This document shows, in pieces, positions 38,905 through 39,466 of a stretch of 39,466 nucleotides of DNA. The position numbers and the translations under genes were made by a program. The stretch comes from Candidatus Woesebacteria bacterium. Its GTDB lineage: Bacteria > Patescibacteriota > Microgenomatia > UBA1400 > MFAQ01. The first letter of the stretch is position 1. Every line of letters begins with the position of its first letter. Below the pieces are notes generated by a model. It saw nothing but the letters and a program-made list of their open reading frames with translations, did not search any database and had not been told where the DNA came from. The stretch covers positions 1-39,466 of the forward strand of contig JAGVOE010000048.1 of the NCBI GenBank assembly GCA_020052895.1. Reading direction: 5' to 3'.

Positions 38905-39466
38905 GTGAATAAAGGTTTTTGGGATAAATTAGCTTGGCCGATTGTGGGGCTGTCGCCGATGGACGGAGTGACGGATGCCTCGATGCGTTTTGTGGCTAAG
39001 AAATATGGCCAGCCGGACATTATCTACACGGAGTTCGTCAGCGCGGAAGGACTGTGGCGAATTAAGAAAAGAGGTGATATGGAGCATAAAATTTGGAATG
39101 AGCTGAAATATAGTGAGACTGAACGGCCGGTAATTGCCCAGCTCTTTGGTAGTGACCCCGAGTCTTTCTATGAAGCGGCTAAGATTTGTGTCGAACTTGG
39201 CTTTGACGGAGTTGATATCAACATGGGTTGTCCTTCCCCGGGCTTGGAAAAAAGAGGAGGTGGGGCGGGACTAATTCGGGACAAGTGTAATGCCATAGAG
39301 GTCGTCGAGGCTACCAGAAGAGGGGCGGGGAATCTGCCTGTAAGCGTAAAGACCAGAATCGGGAGCGACGCGCCGGACCCGGAATGGTGGAAAACCCTGG
39401 CCGATATGAAACTACCGACAGTAGCCATGCACGGTAGAACCTTCAAGCAACTTTATTCAGGCGAGG
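38905..39466 (+). CDS. dus: tRNA-dihydrouridine synthase (3' end outside window, GTG start)
   Basis: The open frame runs to the window end. LSPMDGVTDASMRF, DGVDINMGCPS and PVSVKTRIG are Dus-family motifs. This ORF is not in the supplied track because it has no stop. Confidence 0.85.
   Translation, partial: MNKGFWDKLAWPIVGLSPMDGVTDASMRFVAKKYGQPDIIYTEFVSAEGLWRIKKRGDMEHKIWNELKYSETERPVIAQLFGSDPESFYEAAKICVELGFDGVDINMGCPSPGLEKRGGGAGLIRDKCNAIEVVEATRRGAGNLPVSVKTRIGSDAPDPEWWKTLADMKLPTVAMHGRTFKQLYSGE

Noticed and set aside
39168-39446. 92-aa minus-strand ORF
   Set aside because: It is antisense to the Dus-family frame that runs off the end of the window.

Overview
This window looks like a chromosomal segment from a small-genome, Candidate Phyla Radiation (CPR)-type bacterium using the standard genetic code. 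TGA acts as a stop in several ATGA stop/start overlaps.

Gene content: about 34 protein genes, one 16S rRNA gene and one tRNA-Ile(GAU).
- Translation genes dominate: seven aminoacyl-tRNA synthetases (lysS-thrS-tyrS, hisS, glyQS-aspS, leuS) plus rel, mnmA and dus.
- Peptidoglycan precursor genes form a second block: murB-murA-(C39-like peptidase)-ddl-(deacetylase-like), with a convergent MurF-like ligase.
- The 16S gene carries a 715-nt group I intron encoding a LAGLIDADG endonuclease, inserted in the AAGUCGU/AACAAGG segment. The gene has its own promoter, boxA, a long processing stem and a terminator-like hairpin, and is not followed by a 23S gene.

Most unusual observations:
1. A family of short repeats is inserted in frame and in sense orientation into conserved genes (leuS, mnmA, two RimK-like ligases, a peptidase). 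The repeats are tandem AAGAACTC octamers. Two copies carry a nested 21-nt insertion (16-nt perfect palindrome core) at exactly the site that is empty in two other copies. There are also GC-rich palindromes and a 113-nt hairpin element.
2. A complete T-box riboswitch (apparent UUA/Leu specifier) sits in front of a non-synthetase operon. That operon encodes a PEP-synthase/PPDK-type dikinase with a novel N-terminal half, an HD hydrolase, a GNAT-like protein and a group II PLP decarboxylase.
3. A translationally coupled module combines a 7TM protein, an ATP-grasp/retropepsin-like fusion and two RimK-like ATP-grasp ligases, and runs into mnmA.
4. A candidate His-codon leader-peptide attenuator lies upstream of hisS.
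5. Several genes appear leaderless behind extended -10 promoters.

No CRISPR array, transposase, integrase or recognisable defence genes were seen. All family assignments come from reading motifs by eye and from memory, not from searches.
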